From contig CAVRCJ010000010.1 in the NCBI GenBank assembly GCA_963719515.1, positions 544,001 through 608,000 of the forward strand: a DNA stretch of 64,000 nucleotides, in the 5' to 3' direction. Below are positions 1 through 10,664 of the stretch, one piece after another (the stretch's first letter is position 1; each line of letters starts with the position of its first letter). This stretch comes from an uncultured cyanobacterium. GTDB taxonomy: Bacteria > Cyanobacteriota > Cyanobacteriia > CAKZMO01. Below the pieces are notes generated by a model, which saw only the letters and a list, made by a program, of their open reading frames with translations, had not been told where the DNA came from and ran no database searches. Made by a program: the position numbers and the translations under genes.

Positions 1-371
1 CGGCTGCCAACGAAGGAGACGTCACCTGGGACGAGGGAGAAGCTGGAGACTACGTCAGCGAGCTCTTTACCGATTCGGCGGCGCGCTACGGCAGCGCCAC
101 GGTTGTCTCAGACGAGGATACTGCATTCACCATTCCCGCAACGCAAAACGTAGTAGTGATGATTGTGGCTGCTTTTGAAGGCGAAGTTCCCGAACTAGAA
201 GACAGCCTCGACGACATAGAGGCGCTGAGGGCGGGATTGAAAGCGCTAATCAACCTGCATTACAGGGGCACAATTAGGGCGGTTCAGCTCCACTTCTCTC
301 CAGCTCAGCTTGGAGACGACCTAACGCCAGATCAGCTCATTGAGTTTTTTCCGGAGCTTGTTCCCCTCTAG
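1..371 (+). CDS. DUF1517-family protein, 3' part (starts before the window)
   Basis: Frame is open from base 3 (AANEGDVTWDEGEAGDYVSELFTDSAARY...) to ...QLHFSPAQLGDDLTPDQLIEFFPELVPL*, resembling cyanobacterial DUF1517 proteins. Confidence 0.6.
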   Translation, partial: AANEGDVTWDEGEAGDYVSELFTDSAARYGSATVVSDEDTAFTIPATQNVVVMIVAAFEGEVPELEDSLDDIEALRAGLKALINLHYRGTIRAVQLHFSPAQLGDDLTPDQLIEFFPELVPL

Positions 372-423
372 CCCAATTCAGCTAAGACTTTATCCTGTTT
401 TTTGCCCACCTCTCTGCCCAGCT

Positions 424-1467
424 ATGACAATCCGCAAACTTCTGCCCCTAGGGCGTACGACCCTGAATTGGTCAGCCGCCCCTAGTCTCTCTAATCCCGC
501 GAAGACGGACTCGGCCCGCTCTTTGTCCCAAAAGGGTACCGGCGCGAAGCGTAACCGGCGAACCCACCTGGGGGGATTTTGGGGACCAGCGCGTAAGTCC
601 TGTGTTTCTTTGATGGCGCTTTCTCTCCTCTTGGTGACCAGCGCCTGCTCTATTGAACCCAATGGTCCTGTCTCCCAGCCGCCCTCGCAGCCCACGCAAA
701 CCACGACCCCAGCAGCGACAACCAGCGCTATTTCGGACGGAACCTACCCTGTTCAGCAGGCCACCTACGACGACACCCTGGGTGAATACAGCCTGATGCT
801 GCTCAACACTCAGCCCGGCCAGTCGATGTTCCGCAGCGCTGACTTACCCCTTGCCCAGCTCACGAACGAAGAGATCTCTGCGGGGAAAACGAGCGAGCTG
901 CGGGTTGAAAACGGACAGCCGGCACTGTACATGACGCCCGACTTTCGGATTGAATACGTCCACAACGTCACCGAAACGCAAACCAACCCGCAGACCGGTC
1001 AACAGGAAGTGGTCGTGGTTCGCCGGGAGTCAAACTTCTGGACGCCGTTTGCCGGTGCTTTAGCGGGTCAAGTCGTCGGCAGTCTCCTCTTTCGGCCGCA
1101 GTACTACATCCCTCCAGTCTATCGACCGGGAGTAGCGCTGACGGGCTACGGGGGCTATGGCCGCAGCTATGGCGAAGCCGTATCCCGCTATCAGTCCCGA
1201 TACCAGGCTCCGCCCACCGCCTATCGCAACCGGCAGTTCCGCTCGACTGGGCGATTGCGCTCGACCGTTGGCCGGTCGGGGACCTCTAGTACGGGCACCC
1301 GCGCTAACACCAGCCGCCCCTCCACGCGCCCGTCCGGCAGCGGCGTGGGCAACAGCGATCTGCGCCGCAACAACCGCCAGAACGAGCGGGCTCGTCCGTC
1401 AAACCGAGGCTTTGGCAGTTCCCGGCGCTCTGCCCCCAGATCCCGTCCCCGCAGTCGACGCCGGTAG
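424..1467 (+). CDS. Conserved cyanobacterial lipoprotein-like protein with R/S/G-rich C-terminal tail (true start may be 613)
   Basis: Hydrophobic stretch plus lipobox-like LLLVTSAC; low-complexity basic tail. Confidence 0.6.
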   Translation: MTIRKLLPLGRTTLNWSAAPSLSNPAKTDSARSLSQKGTGAKRNRRTHLGGFWGPARKSCVSLMALSLLLVTSACSIEPNGPVSQPPSQPTQTTTPAATTSAISDGTYPVQQATYDDTLGEYSLMLLNTQPGQSMFRSADLPLAQLTNEEISAGKTSELRVENGQPALYMTPDFRIEYVHNVTETQTNPQTGQQEVVVVRRESNFWTPFAGALAGQVVGSLLFRPQYYIPPVYRPGVALTGYGGYGRSYGEAVSRYQSRYQAPPTAYRNRQFRSTGRLRSTVGRSGTSSTGTRANTSRPSTRPSGSGVGNSDLRRNNRQNERARPSNRGFGSSRRSAPRSRPRSRRR

Positions 1468-1505
1468 TCTCTGAGTCCTGTGAGACATCTGCTGTAAGAG
1501 AGACG

Positions 1506-4500
1506 CTAGCGGGCCGCAAGCTCTTCTTGCCCCACCACCGCGCTTCTATCCAACAGCAGTAGATTGCGCAGCTGCTGGGTGTCGAACTCACCCAGCCAGG
1601 TCTCCCCAGTGCCTACGACCTGTTCCGACAGCGCCTTCTTGCTCTCGATGATCTCGTGGATGCGCTCTTCTAAGGTGCCTGAGCAGACGAATTTGTGGAC
1701 CTGCACATTGCGGGTCTGACCGATGCGGAAGGCGCGGTCGGTGGCCTGGTTTTCCACCGCCGGGTTCCACCAGCGGTCCACGTGGAAAACGTGGTTGGCC
1801 CGCGTCAGATTGAGACCGGTGCCCCCGGCTTTCAGCGACAGGATAAATAGCCTCGGCCCCTGGGGGTCGTTTTGAAAGCGGTCCACCATGGTTTCCCGCG
1901 CCTGCCGGGAGGTGCTGCCATAAAGAAACATCACCTCTTGGCCAAAGCGGTGCTCCAGGTAGGTTTTCAGCAGCTTGCCCCACTGAGCAAACTGGGTAAA
2001 CAGCAGGGCGCGATCGCCCTCGGCCAGCAGTTCTTCCACCATCTCCTCGAGCCGCAGCAGCTTGCCCGACAGGGTGGGAAATTGGTCTGACTGGGCGGAG
2101 AGGGCAGCGTCAGCAGCTTTGGTAGAGGCTTTAACACCCGCTGCCTTTGCGTCCGCCTCAGTTTTGAGCAGCGTCGGGTGGTTGCACACCTGCTTGAGCT
2201 TGGTGAGCAGGGCTAGCACCTGTCCGTGGCGCTGGATGCCCGCCGCCGCCTCAATTTCTTTTAGAGAATTGTCCACCAGCTTTTGATACAGATCTGCCTG
2301 CACCTCCGACAATCCGCAAAATACCGTCATTTCCTGCTTCTCCGGCAGGTCCTGAATGATGGTGCGGTCTGTCTTCAGGCGGCGGAGAATGAAGGGCTGC
2401 ACCAGCGATCGCAGGGCCTGCAGAGAGGCGCTGTCGCCGTAGCGCTCGATGGGCATGGCAAACCGGCGCTGAAAGAAGTTGCGGGGTCCCAGGTAGCCAG
2501 GGTTGAGAAAATCGATGATGGACCACAGCTCGGAGAGGCGGTTTTCTAAGGGGGTGCCGGTGAGGGCGATGCGAAAGTCTGACTCTAGCTGCCGCACCGC
2601 CTGGGACTGCCGCGCCTCTGGATTTTTGATATTTTGGGCTTCGTCCAGCACCAGACCCTGCCACGATACAGCCTTCAGGCTCTTCTGGTCTCGGTAGGCT
2701 AGGGCGTAGCTGGTGATAATCAAGTCGACACCATTGGCCGCTTCGACGAAAGCTTTCCCCTGAGCGCGATCGCCATGGTGCACCAGCACCTTGAGGCTAG
2801 GGCCAAAGCGGCGCACCTCCCGCTCCCAATTGCCGATTACGGAGGTCGGACACACCAGCAGCGTCGGCGCGTCTAGGGCATTGGTTTCCTGCAGATGCAG
2901 CAGCAGAGCAATCAGCTGAATGGTTTTGCCTAAGCCCATGTCGTCTGCCAAGCAGGCCCCCAGTCCCCAGCGTCCTAAAAACGCTAGCCAAGAGACGCCG
3001 CGCTGCTGGTAGGGCCGGAGGGTGCCATGAAAGCCCTCCGGTGTGGGAATGGCCTCAATGGACTGGTCGCCCGTGGTCAGGGTCTCCAGCAGCGTATTGA
3101 GGGCTCCCGACGCCTCAAAGTCTACCACCGGCAGCTTTTCTACCGTCTTGCTGTCGCCGGAGCTGATGCGCAGAGCATCTTCCAGCGACAGAGAGAGCTG
3201 ATCTTTGCGGGTGTCGAAGAACTCCTGGGCTGCCTTGATGTCCTGCTGTCGCAGCTCCACCCACTCCCCGTCAATCTCCACTAGCGGCGACTTTCGGGCC
3301 ACCAGCCGGTCGAACTCTTCTTTGGAAATGCGGTGGTTGCCGATGGTCAGCTCCCAGCGAAAATTGAGCAAGCTTTGGAGGTTGAGGGATTGGTTCTTGC
3401 GGCGGCGGGGGGTTTGGGCACGGACAGCCAGACCTAAGCGGCTGGCCCAGCCGTCTGGGTTCGATAGGCTTGCGGGCAGAATCACCCCAAAGCCGTTGTC
3501 CTGAAGCTGCCAGGCTACAGTTTTGATGAACTCGTAGGCGGTTTGGGGATCTAGGGAGCAGCTGACGGGCTGCACCTCTTCCAGGCTGGGCAGCAGGATA
3601 GGGTAGAGGCGAGAAGCAATGCCCAAGCCCAACAGCAGCGTCTCCTGCGGAAAGTCGATGGTGCGCCCTTCATAGTCAAACTGAGAGACGGGGTGTCGCC
3701 AAATCTCTTCGGCTTCTAAAAAGATAGCGGTGTCATCTAGGGCCTGGAGCCCGTAGTTCAAGCGCCAGGCAGAGGCGGGCGACTCAGGCGAATCTGCTTT
3801 CGTGGGGGTGGGGGGCTGCAGGACAAAGGCGACGCGGTAGGGCGAAATGGTCTGAGAGAGCTGGCGCTGCACGGGAGCTAGCCAGGTGGACAGCACGGCG
3901 GCAAGCCGGCGAGTTCCCTCCGTCTCCGCCTCCATAGGTGTCTCTTGGGCAAGAGACTGGAGCCAGGCCTTGAGGGGCAGGTCGCGGGGGAGGGGCGCTG
4001 TGGGTAGCGGTAGGGTGGTGGCGATCGCCTTCACTTGAGCATTGACGGCCCGGGTCAAAAAGCTAAACAGGGCGGTGCGGGCAGCGGGAAAAGTCTCTGC
4101 AGTGGTGCGGTCGTAGCTGCGGCACACTAGGGGCATGTAGCGCTCGAAATGCACCAGTCGCCCTTGGTCGGTGGCGCTGTCTAGCAGGGGCTGCCAATGT
4201 CCGTTGCCCACCTGCGGACTGTCTGTGTCGTCAAGGGTCAAGCGAGGTACAAACTTGGAGCGGGCCAGCAGATCTAGCTGCCAGCGGCTAACGTGGGACC
4301 AAAACCGCAAATCGCTTCCCCAGGTAGATTCTTGGTCGGCGAGGCTGAGGGGGAGAGAGTGGAGCAGGGCCACCGCTTCTGCTGCCGACAGCCAGAGCCC
4401 CGAAATCCGCCAGGGGTAAAGCAGCAGCGCGCCTTCTGCGCCGGAGCCATTGGCGCTGTTGGGCAGTACCGACCCAGAGTGCTGCGGCAGTATGGCGCGA

Positions 4501-5064
4501 GCTGGGGAACGGTTCGCACTGGGCTTGGCGGCTGGGCTCTGGCGCGCTGGGCTCTGGCGCACTGGGCTCTGGCGCGCTGGGCTCTGCCGCGTCATCTGAG
4601 GCATCTTTGGAGGCTTTTAGGTTGCCTGACTGGCTCTTTGCTTTTGACTTCTTTGCTTTTGGATTCTCTGCTTTTGACTTCTCTGCTTCTAAAGAGTCTG
4701 ATTCTAGAGCGTCTGCCGACAGCACGTGACTCGGCAACAGAACGGGTAGCGATCGCCAAGACGCCAGGGTCACGGTTGAGGTTTCTGCTAAGGTCTTGAG
4801 CGGTAGCTCGTCTACCGGCCACTGAAGCTGGCCCGCCACTTGGAGGGAAAGCAGCCACTGCCCCAGCTCTGTAGAACCCATAGCGTAGGGATGCTCTGGG
4901 TTGGCGTTGCTGGATGGAGTCTGTTCATCGGCAATCTGGTAGGGCACAGCGCGACGCCATTTCTCCCCCCACAAAAAGAAGCCGATAGGGTCGCTACTGG
5001 CATCGGTCGGCTGCCCAGAGGCCGCTGCCTCAGAGACAACCCAGCTTCCGTGTAAAACTGCCAT
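1506..5064 (-). CDS. SNF2/SWI2-family (DUF3670 + DEAD/H) helicase, frameshifted near 4520-4530
   Basis: N-terminus MAVLHGSW...FFLWGE (ORF 4288-5064) joins ORF 1506-4604 carrying LADDMGLGKT, LDEAQNIKN, ALTGTP, SLKAGGTGLNL and QATDRAFRIGQ. Confidence 0.85.
4518..4590. repeat. 15-bp tandem repeat (gctgggctctggcgc, 4 copies plus one shortened unit) encoding EPSAP
   Basis: Units at 4531, 4546, 4561 and 4576; a 13-nt degenerate unit at 4518-4530 coincides with the frameshift. Confidence 0.8.
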
Positions 5065-5328
5065 GCAAATCTATCCTGCTTCCGGTAGTAATCCGCGTCA
5101 TAATCGGTAGAGGGCCGTCACAGCCTGACGCTATAAGCTGCAGTGCCGCTGCCCGCGCCCAGTCTACATCCGCTATCGAATCTGGGGTGACCTGCCGCTT
5201 TATGGGTGGCTCTTGTGTTAGCCATTGTACCGCTCGCCTTTAAGATGACGCTTGTATTTGCAGAACTTTAGGATAGGGTTGTCCGTAGATGACTGTAGTC
5301 CACCTAAACCGGTTTTGGAGCGCCTAGC

Positions 5329-6033
5329 TTGGTCCCCTTAAAAGACGAAAACCCAACCCGGATCACGCCCTATGTGACCTACGTTTTCATTGCCATCAAT
5401 ATTTTCGTGTTTCTCTATCAAATTGGCCTGGGTCAAGAGGGTCTAGAAGGCTTCTTCCGCACCTGGGCCGTCGTTCCTGCCAACTTGAGCGCTAGTTTTG
5501 CAGGTCAAGCCTCCCCCTTGGTTTGGATTACCCTAATTACCTCTCAGTTTATGCACGGCGGGCTGCTGCACCTAGGGGGCAACATGCTCTACCTATGGGT
5601 ATTTGGCAACAACATTGAAGACAAGCTGGGGCATGTGCGCTATATCCTGTTTTATTTAGCCTGCGGGGTGCTGGCGTCGCTGTCCCAGTGGTTTTTTTCC
5701 CAGATGTCGACGGTGCCCTCTTTGGGGGCCAGCGGGGCGATCGCAGGGGTGATGGGGGCCTACATTCTTCGCTTTCCCCAGGCGCGAATTTTGACGCTGA
5801 TTCCCATCCTGTTTTTCATCACTACGATCCGCATCCCCGCCATCGTGTTTTTGGGCATCTGGTTTGTGCAGCAGGCCTTCTACGGCGTCGCTAGCCTCAG
5901 CGTCCAGACGGATATGGGACAGGGCGGCATTGCCTACTGGGCCCACGCCGGGGGGTTTGTGTTTGGGGCACTGCTGGGACCGCTGCTGGGGTTGTTCGGC
6001 GATGCGGATGCGTCTCAGACGCGCCGCTACTAG
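5329..6033 (+). CDS. Rhomboid-family intramembrane serine protease
   Basis: HLGGNMLYLW, GASGAIAG (catalytic Ser), AYWAHAGG (catalytic His). Confidence 0.92.
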   Translation: MVPLKDENPTRITPYVTYVFIAINIFVFLYQIGLGQEGLEGFFRTWAVVPANLSASFAGQASPLVWITLITSQFMHGGLLHLGGNMLYLWVFGNNIEDKLGHVRYILFYLACGVLASLSQWFFSQMSTVPSLGASGAIAGVMGAYILRFPQARILTLIPILFFITTIRIPAIVFLGIWFVQQAFYGVASLSVQTDMGQGGIAYWAHAGGFVFGALLGPLLGLFGDADASQTRRY

Positions 6034-6085
6034 CTGGCTTGAAACGCAAAGTCGCTTTGGGAGGAGTCAACGCCATCGACGGGGC

Positions 6086-6859
6086 TCAGTACACCGACGG
6101 TGACGCCAGCTTCAGCACCCGGTCCACCATCCAAGGCGAGACGCGATCGCACCACATTGCCAGCTGCGCCTGCCAGCCCACGGAAATCTCCGCCGCGTTG
6201 CGGCTCAGTCCCCGCACCAGCGATCGCGCCACGGCCTGGGTGGACACAGGAACGACGCCCCGGAACCACTTAAACTCCCGCACCATGTCGGTGTCCGTCA
6301 GCGAGGGCAGCAGCGCCATTACGCCCACGTTGTAGTCCGCCAGCTCGTGGCGCAAAGCGCGGCTAAACCCGACCACGGCAAACTTAGTTGCTGAATAGGT
6401 CGCCATGCTGGGGGCCGCCACCTTGCCCATGAGGCTAGAGACGTTGACAATCCTGCCCTCTCGGTGGGCCACCATGCGCCGGGCCACAAAGCGGGTGACG
6501 GCATAGAGGCCTACGAGATTAGTGTCAATTTCCGCCTGCACGTCAGCCAGCCGAGACTGAATGAAGGGCCGCTGATGAGCTACCCCAGCGCAGTTGACCA
6601 GCAGGTGAATTGGGCCGTGGTGCTTCCAGGCTTGGGCGACGGCGATGTTTACCGCCTTGACCTGAGTGAGGTCTAAGACGAGCGGGACGGCCTCTACCCC
6701 TAGCGCCTCAATTTGAGCGGCCACCTGCGCGAGTCGCTCGGGGCTGCGGGCTACCAGAATAATGCGCTGCATGCCCTGATGAGCGAGCTCTAAGGCGATC
6801 GCTTCGCCGATGCCGCGAGAGGCACCGGTTACCAGTGCGGTTTTACCCTGTAATTTCAT
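6086..6859 (-). CDS. SDR-family NAD(P)-dependent oxidoreductase
   Basis: TGASRGIG, NCAG, YSATK motifs. Confidence 0.92.
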   Translation of the reverse strand: MKLQGKTALVTGASRGIGEAIALELAHQGMQRIILVARSPERLAQVAAQIEALGVEAVPLVLDLTQVKAVNIAVAQAWKHHGPIHLLVNCAGVAHQRPFIQSRLADVQAEIDTNLVGLYAVTRFVARRMVAHREGRIVNVSSLMGKVAAPSMATYSATKFAVVGFSRALRHELADYNVGVMALLPSLTDTDMVREFKWFRGVVPVSTQAVARSLVRGLSRNAAEISVGWQAQLAMWCDRVSPWMVDRVLKLASPSVY

Positions 6860-7563
6860 AGAATCTCCTACGGTGAGGCTGGCGATGGAGATGTGAGCGC
6901 CCGTAGGCAGCTTCAGCCATCGTCAGGTACTATCGAGTTTGCAGAATTTCTGAAAGCGCCTCAGGTCGGGCGCTGTGGCCGGGTAGTCGCTGGGATGAGC
7001 GTCTACTATTCAGCCGGCCTACGGCGGATTGGAGGGACATAGCAGGCTATGCCCGTACGAAATCAAGCTTGCAGTTCGGCAGACCCAAAGAACAGGTCTG
7101 CTCAAAAGGTGCGTCTGAGAAAAAAGTTGCGTTTGGAAACAGGGTGAAGAAACAGGGTGTGGGCCTAAGTCGATTGAGAGGTGAGTGCCACAGGGTCACT
7201 CATACCTTAGGTCAGCGTCCGCTAAACGCCGTAAAATCCAATGCTGCAGAGCATATTGTCTCCCTGGTTGCTTAACCGAATTCAATCACCCACACACGCT
7301 AGCAAGCGGATCAAGCATCTGCAATGTTTCTTTGCTAAATTCAAATGTTGTAATTTTTGTTTATATTTCTTTAAGATTTCTGCGGGAAGCTGCACTGGAC
7401 GCGATCGCAAGGGATCACCACTGGGGCAACGCCCTGCCCCAATTCCAGTAGCCTATACAGATTGCTGCAGTTCTGAATTTAAGGGCGCTGCGGCCTCGAT
7501 TCTGAGATGAGCCTTTCGCTACCGTTGCCCCACAACAGGCAGACTCACCTTAAACACCAGAGG

Positions 7564-10500
7564 CTAGAGCACGATTGAACCATCTGCTTGAGGGTTTGAC
7601 AGCAGCTTCTCTACCGCCTCAGCAGACAAGGCCGTAGAGAAAAGATGGCCCTGTCCGAAGTGGCAGCCTAGACGGTACAGCAGTTCAAGCTGGGCGGATG
7701 TTTCGATGCCCTCTGCTGTGGTTTTGAGATTGAGCTGATGTCCCAGCGACACAATGGTCTGCACAATCATCTGGCTTTTGACCTGAGTTGACATCTGATG
7801 GATGAACGACTGATCGACTTTGAGCATGTTGACGGGGAGCCAGCAGAGATAGCTCAAGGAGGAATAGCCGGTGCCAAAGTCATCAATGCTGATCTGAATA
7901 CCCCTGTCTTTGAGCGGCAGCAGCTTCTCAAAGTCGTCTAAATTCAGCAGTACGCTCTCTGTAATCTCTAGGGTGAGCCACTCGCCCAGCAGGCCGGTTT
8001 CAGCCAGAACTTCGGTAACGTACTCCACAAACTGGGGGCTGCGAATATCGTGGACAGATAGATTGATGCTCATTCTCAAGCGGCTGGCGTGGGGGTACCG
8101 CTGTTGCCAGGCCACAAGCTGGCGACAGGCTATGCGAATCAGCTCAAAGTCAATATCTACAATCAGGCCGCTATTTTCCGCCGCTCCGATAAAGTCTTTG
8201 GGAAACAGCAAACCGTCAGTGGCTGTCTGCCAGCGGGCTAGCGCTTCAAAGCCGACTAGTTTCTGACTGTCCAGCGCCACAATGGGCTGATAGTGCAGCA
8301 TAAACTCCCGACCCTCTAACCCTCGACGCAGATTATTTTCCAGCGTCATTAGCGCGATCGCATGGCCGTGCATTGTGTCGTCAAAAATTTTGTACTGGGC
8401 GCGCCCTTCCGCTTTAGCTCGATAGAGCGCGATGTCGGCATCTCGAAGCAGCTCGACAGCGTTGCAATAGGTTTGTCCCATGACGATGCCGATGCTGGCG
8501 GTAAGTCCGATGTGGTGTGATTGGATCGACAGCGGTAGCGCAAACTCAACGGCGATACGCTCGGCGATACAAACGGCATCGCGAACGGCGTCAACGGCAT
8601 CGATTAAAATGACGAACTCATCTCCCCCAAACCGAGCCACAAGGTCTTGAGTTCTGACGATAACCTGAAGCTTTCTCGCCACCGAGAATAGAACAAGGTC
8701 GCCGATGATGTGGCCAAAGCTGTCGTTGATCAGCTTGAACTGGTCTAGGTCAACAAACAGGACAGCAAACTGGTAGGTGTCATCTTGCTCAGCCCGCTGA
8801 AGCGCTGTTCTGATGCGCTCTACAAAGAAATGACGGTTGGGCAAGTCAGTCGGCTCATCGTGAAGCGCGCTGTCAATTAGATGCTGCTCCGCCCGTTTGC
8901 GATCGCTGACGTCCTGAAAGGCGGTGATGGAGTAGATAATCCGGCCACCCTCGTCAAAGATTGGCGTTGCCCAAACTTCTAGCGGAATCTGCTCTCCCCG
9001 TCGCTGCAGCTCAAGGTTATCTAGATGAACAACCTCTCCCTGCAGCGCCCGCAGACCTGGTAGGTCTGCCTCCTCATAGGGCTGTTGACTATCGGCGTAG
9101 CGAATCTGGAATAGGTCAGACAGCTGTTCTGGCCAGACTTCAGTCGAGTTGAGTCCGAGGATCTGCTTACTAACCCGGTTTAGGTAAGTTGGCTCGCCTG
9201 CGACATTAATTACAATCACGCCTACCGGCAGCGCTTCCATAAACTTGTATAGGCGATTCTCGCTTTTGAACAGAGCCGCGTTGACGGCCTGCAGCTGCTG
9301 AAACGCCGCTTGAAGCTGAATCGCCATTTGGTTGAACGAACCCGCTAGCTCGCTCACCTCGCGGATTGGCCCCACTGCGATAGTCTGTCGTAACTGCCCG
9401 CGCGCGATCGCTTTCGCCGCCCGGTTGAGAACCAACAGCGGTTGGGCGATGTAGCGGGAGGTGATCGCGCCCAAACCCGTGGCGATCGCCAGCGCGACGA
9501 CACAGAGCGCAGCCGTCGTTCGGGTGCTGGCGTGAAGCTGGGCCGTGAAGTCAGTCTCAGGCACAACAACAACAGTGAGCCAATCTAGCCCGGAGCCATC
9601 TTGAAACGGCGCTACGCGAACAAATTCTCGCTCCCCGTCGTGGTTAATGACGATCTGCGTTGGAGAAGCAAAGGCCTCCAGGCCACCGAAGCGATCGCGC
9701 AAATAGCTCGCCGTAAATCGAACCAAGATGTTGTCGCTTTCAAAAGCTAAAAGTCTTTGAGACCCTCCGGTAGTGGGCCTATAGGGCTTTTCCTCTAGGG
9801 AACTCGCGATGAGATATCCCGTGCGCTCAATAATAAACGTTTCGCCCGTTTGCCCCACGTCTAGCTCCCCTAGAAACTCACTGGCAAGGGAGAGGTCATA
9901 CCCCACGCCAATTACGCCCACCAATTCGCCATCGGGGGCTCGGAGCAGCTCGTTGACCGATAGGGCTAGACCTTCTGAGGCAAAGTAAGGGTGGGCGTCT
10001 GACCAATAGGCCCCGTCAGCAGCCTTGGTGTCGGCGTACCAGGGGCGTTGTCGAACGTCGTAATTTGGCTCTGTATTGAGGCGATTGAGACGGTTGCCCT
10101 GAGCATCTAAGAGATAATCCTGTAGCGCTCCTCCTGTGTCTTGGGTTGCAAGCTGAAGCTGAAATTGTCCGTCTACCCGTCGGTTGACTCCAACGAACTC
10201 CCCAGCCTCGTTGCCAAAGCCAATGAATGTAACATCCTCGTACAGCATGAGCTGCTGCATAAAGTACTGCTGGGTGGTGTCAATATCCGTGAGGTCGAGT
10301 AGACCGAGCTGAGCCGCGCGGATATTGACTTTGTTGAGTCGCTTCGGCTGTGCGGCGTAGGTCTGAAGCTGATCGAGAATGCGATCGCTCGTTTCTTCCA
10401 CCAGCTGCTCTGCAACGACTCGGACAGCGGCCTGACTATTGTGCCAGTAGAGCCAACCTGTAACCCCGACGGCCGCAAAAATTTGTAGTAGAAATGGCAC

Positions 10501-10572
10501 AACGATCAGCAGCCGCAGCGGTGGCTGAACCAGCCAAGATTTTATTTCTCCAAAGGCTCGATTTGGCGTCAT
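7564..10572 (-). CDS. Membrane-bound dCache-HAMP-PAS-GGDEF-EAL c-di-GMP enzyme
   Basis: Two TM segments flanking a Cache-like region, HAMP, PAS/PAC, RFGGDEF, FEALARW, IDDFGTGYSSL. Confidence 0.9.
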   Translation of the reverse strand: MTPNRAFGEIKSWLVQPPLRLLIVVPFLLQIFAAVGVTGWLYWHNSQAAVRVVAEQLVEETSDRILDQLQTYAAQPKRLNKVNIRAAQLGLLDLTDIDTTQQYFMQQLMLYEDVTFIGFGNEAGEFVGVNRRVDGQFQLQLATQDTGGALQDYLLDAQGNRLNRLNTEPNYDVRQRPWYADTKAADGAYWSDAHPYFASEGLALSVNELLRAPDGELVGVIGVGYDLSLASEFLGELDVGQTGETFIIERTGYLIASSLEEKPYRPTTGGSQRLLAFESDNILVRFTASYLRDRFGGLEAFASPTQIVINHDGEREFVRVAPFQDGSGLDWLTVVVVPETDFTAQLHASTRTTAALCVVALAIATGLGAITSRYIAQPLLVLNRAAKAIARGQLRQTIAVGPIREVSELAGSFNQMAIQLQAAFQQLQAVNAALFKSENRLYKFMEALPVGVIVINVAGEPTYLNRVSKQILGLNSTEVWPEQLSDLFQIRYADSQQPYEEADLPGLRALQGEVVHLDNLELQRRGEQIPLEVWATPIFDEGGRIIYSITAFQDVSDRKRAEQHLIDSALHDEPTDLPNRHFFVERIRTALQRAEQDDTYQFAVLFVDLDQFKLINDSFGHIIGDLVLFSVARKLQVIVRTQDLVARFGGDEFVILIDAVDAVRDAVCIAERIAVEFALPLSIQSHHIGLTASIGIVMGQTYCNAVELLRDADIALYRAKAEGRAQYKIFDDTMHGHAIALMTLENNLRRGLEGREFMLHYQPIVALDSQKLVGFEALARWQTATDGLLFPKDFIGAAENSGLIVDIDFELIRIACRQLVAWQQRYPHASRLRMSINLSVHDIRSPQFVEYVTEVLAETGLLGEWLTLEITESVLLNLDDFEKLLPLKDRGIQISIDDFGTGYSSLSYLCWLPVNMLKVDQSFIHQMSTQVKSQMIVQTIVSLGHQLNLKTTAEGIETSAQLELLYRLGCHFGQGHLFSTALSAEAVEKLLSNPQADGSIVL

Positions 10573-10664
10573 CGTTGTTGCTCATGCAGCAGGCCGAAAA
10601 TCGCCTATGCGTTTACGCAATGCTAGCTTAGTTTACCGGTTATTTAGCCGCAAACCTCCCCAGC

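Noticed and set aside
6860..7560. Short ORFs or ncRNA in the long intergenic region
   Set aside because: Only one small hairpin, and the ORFs have no RBS or motif support
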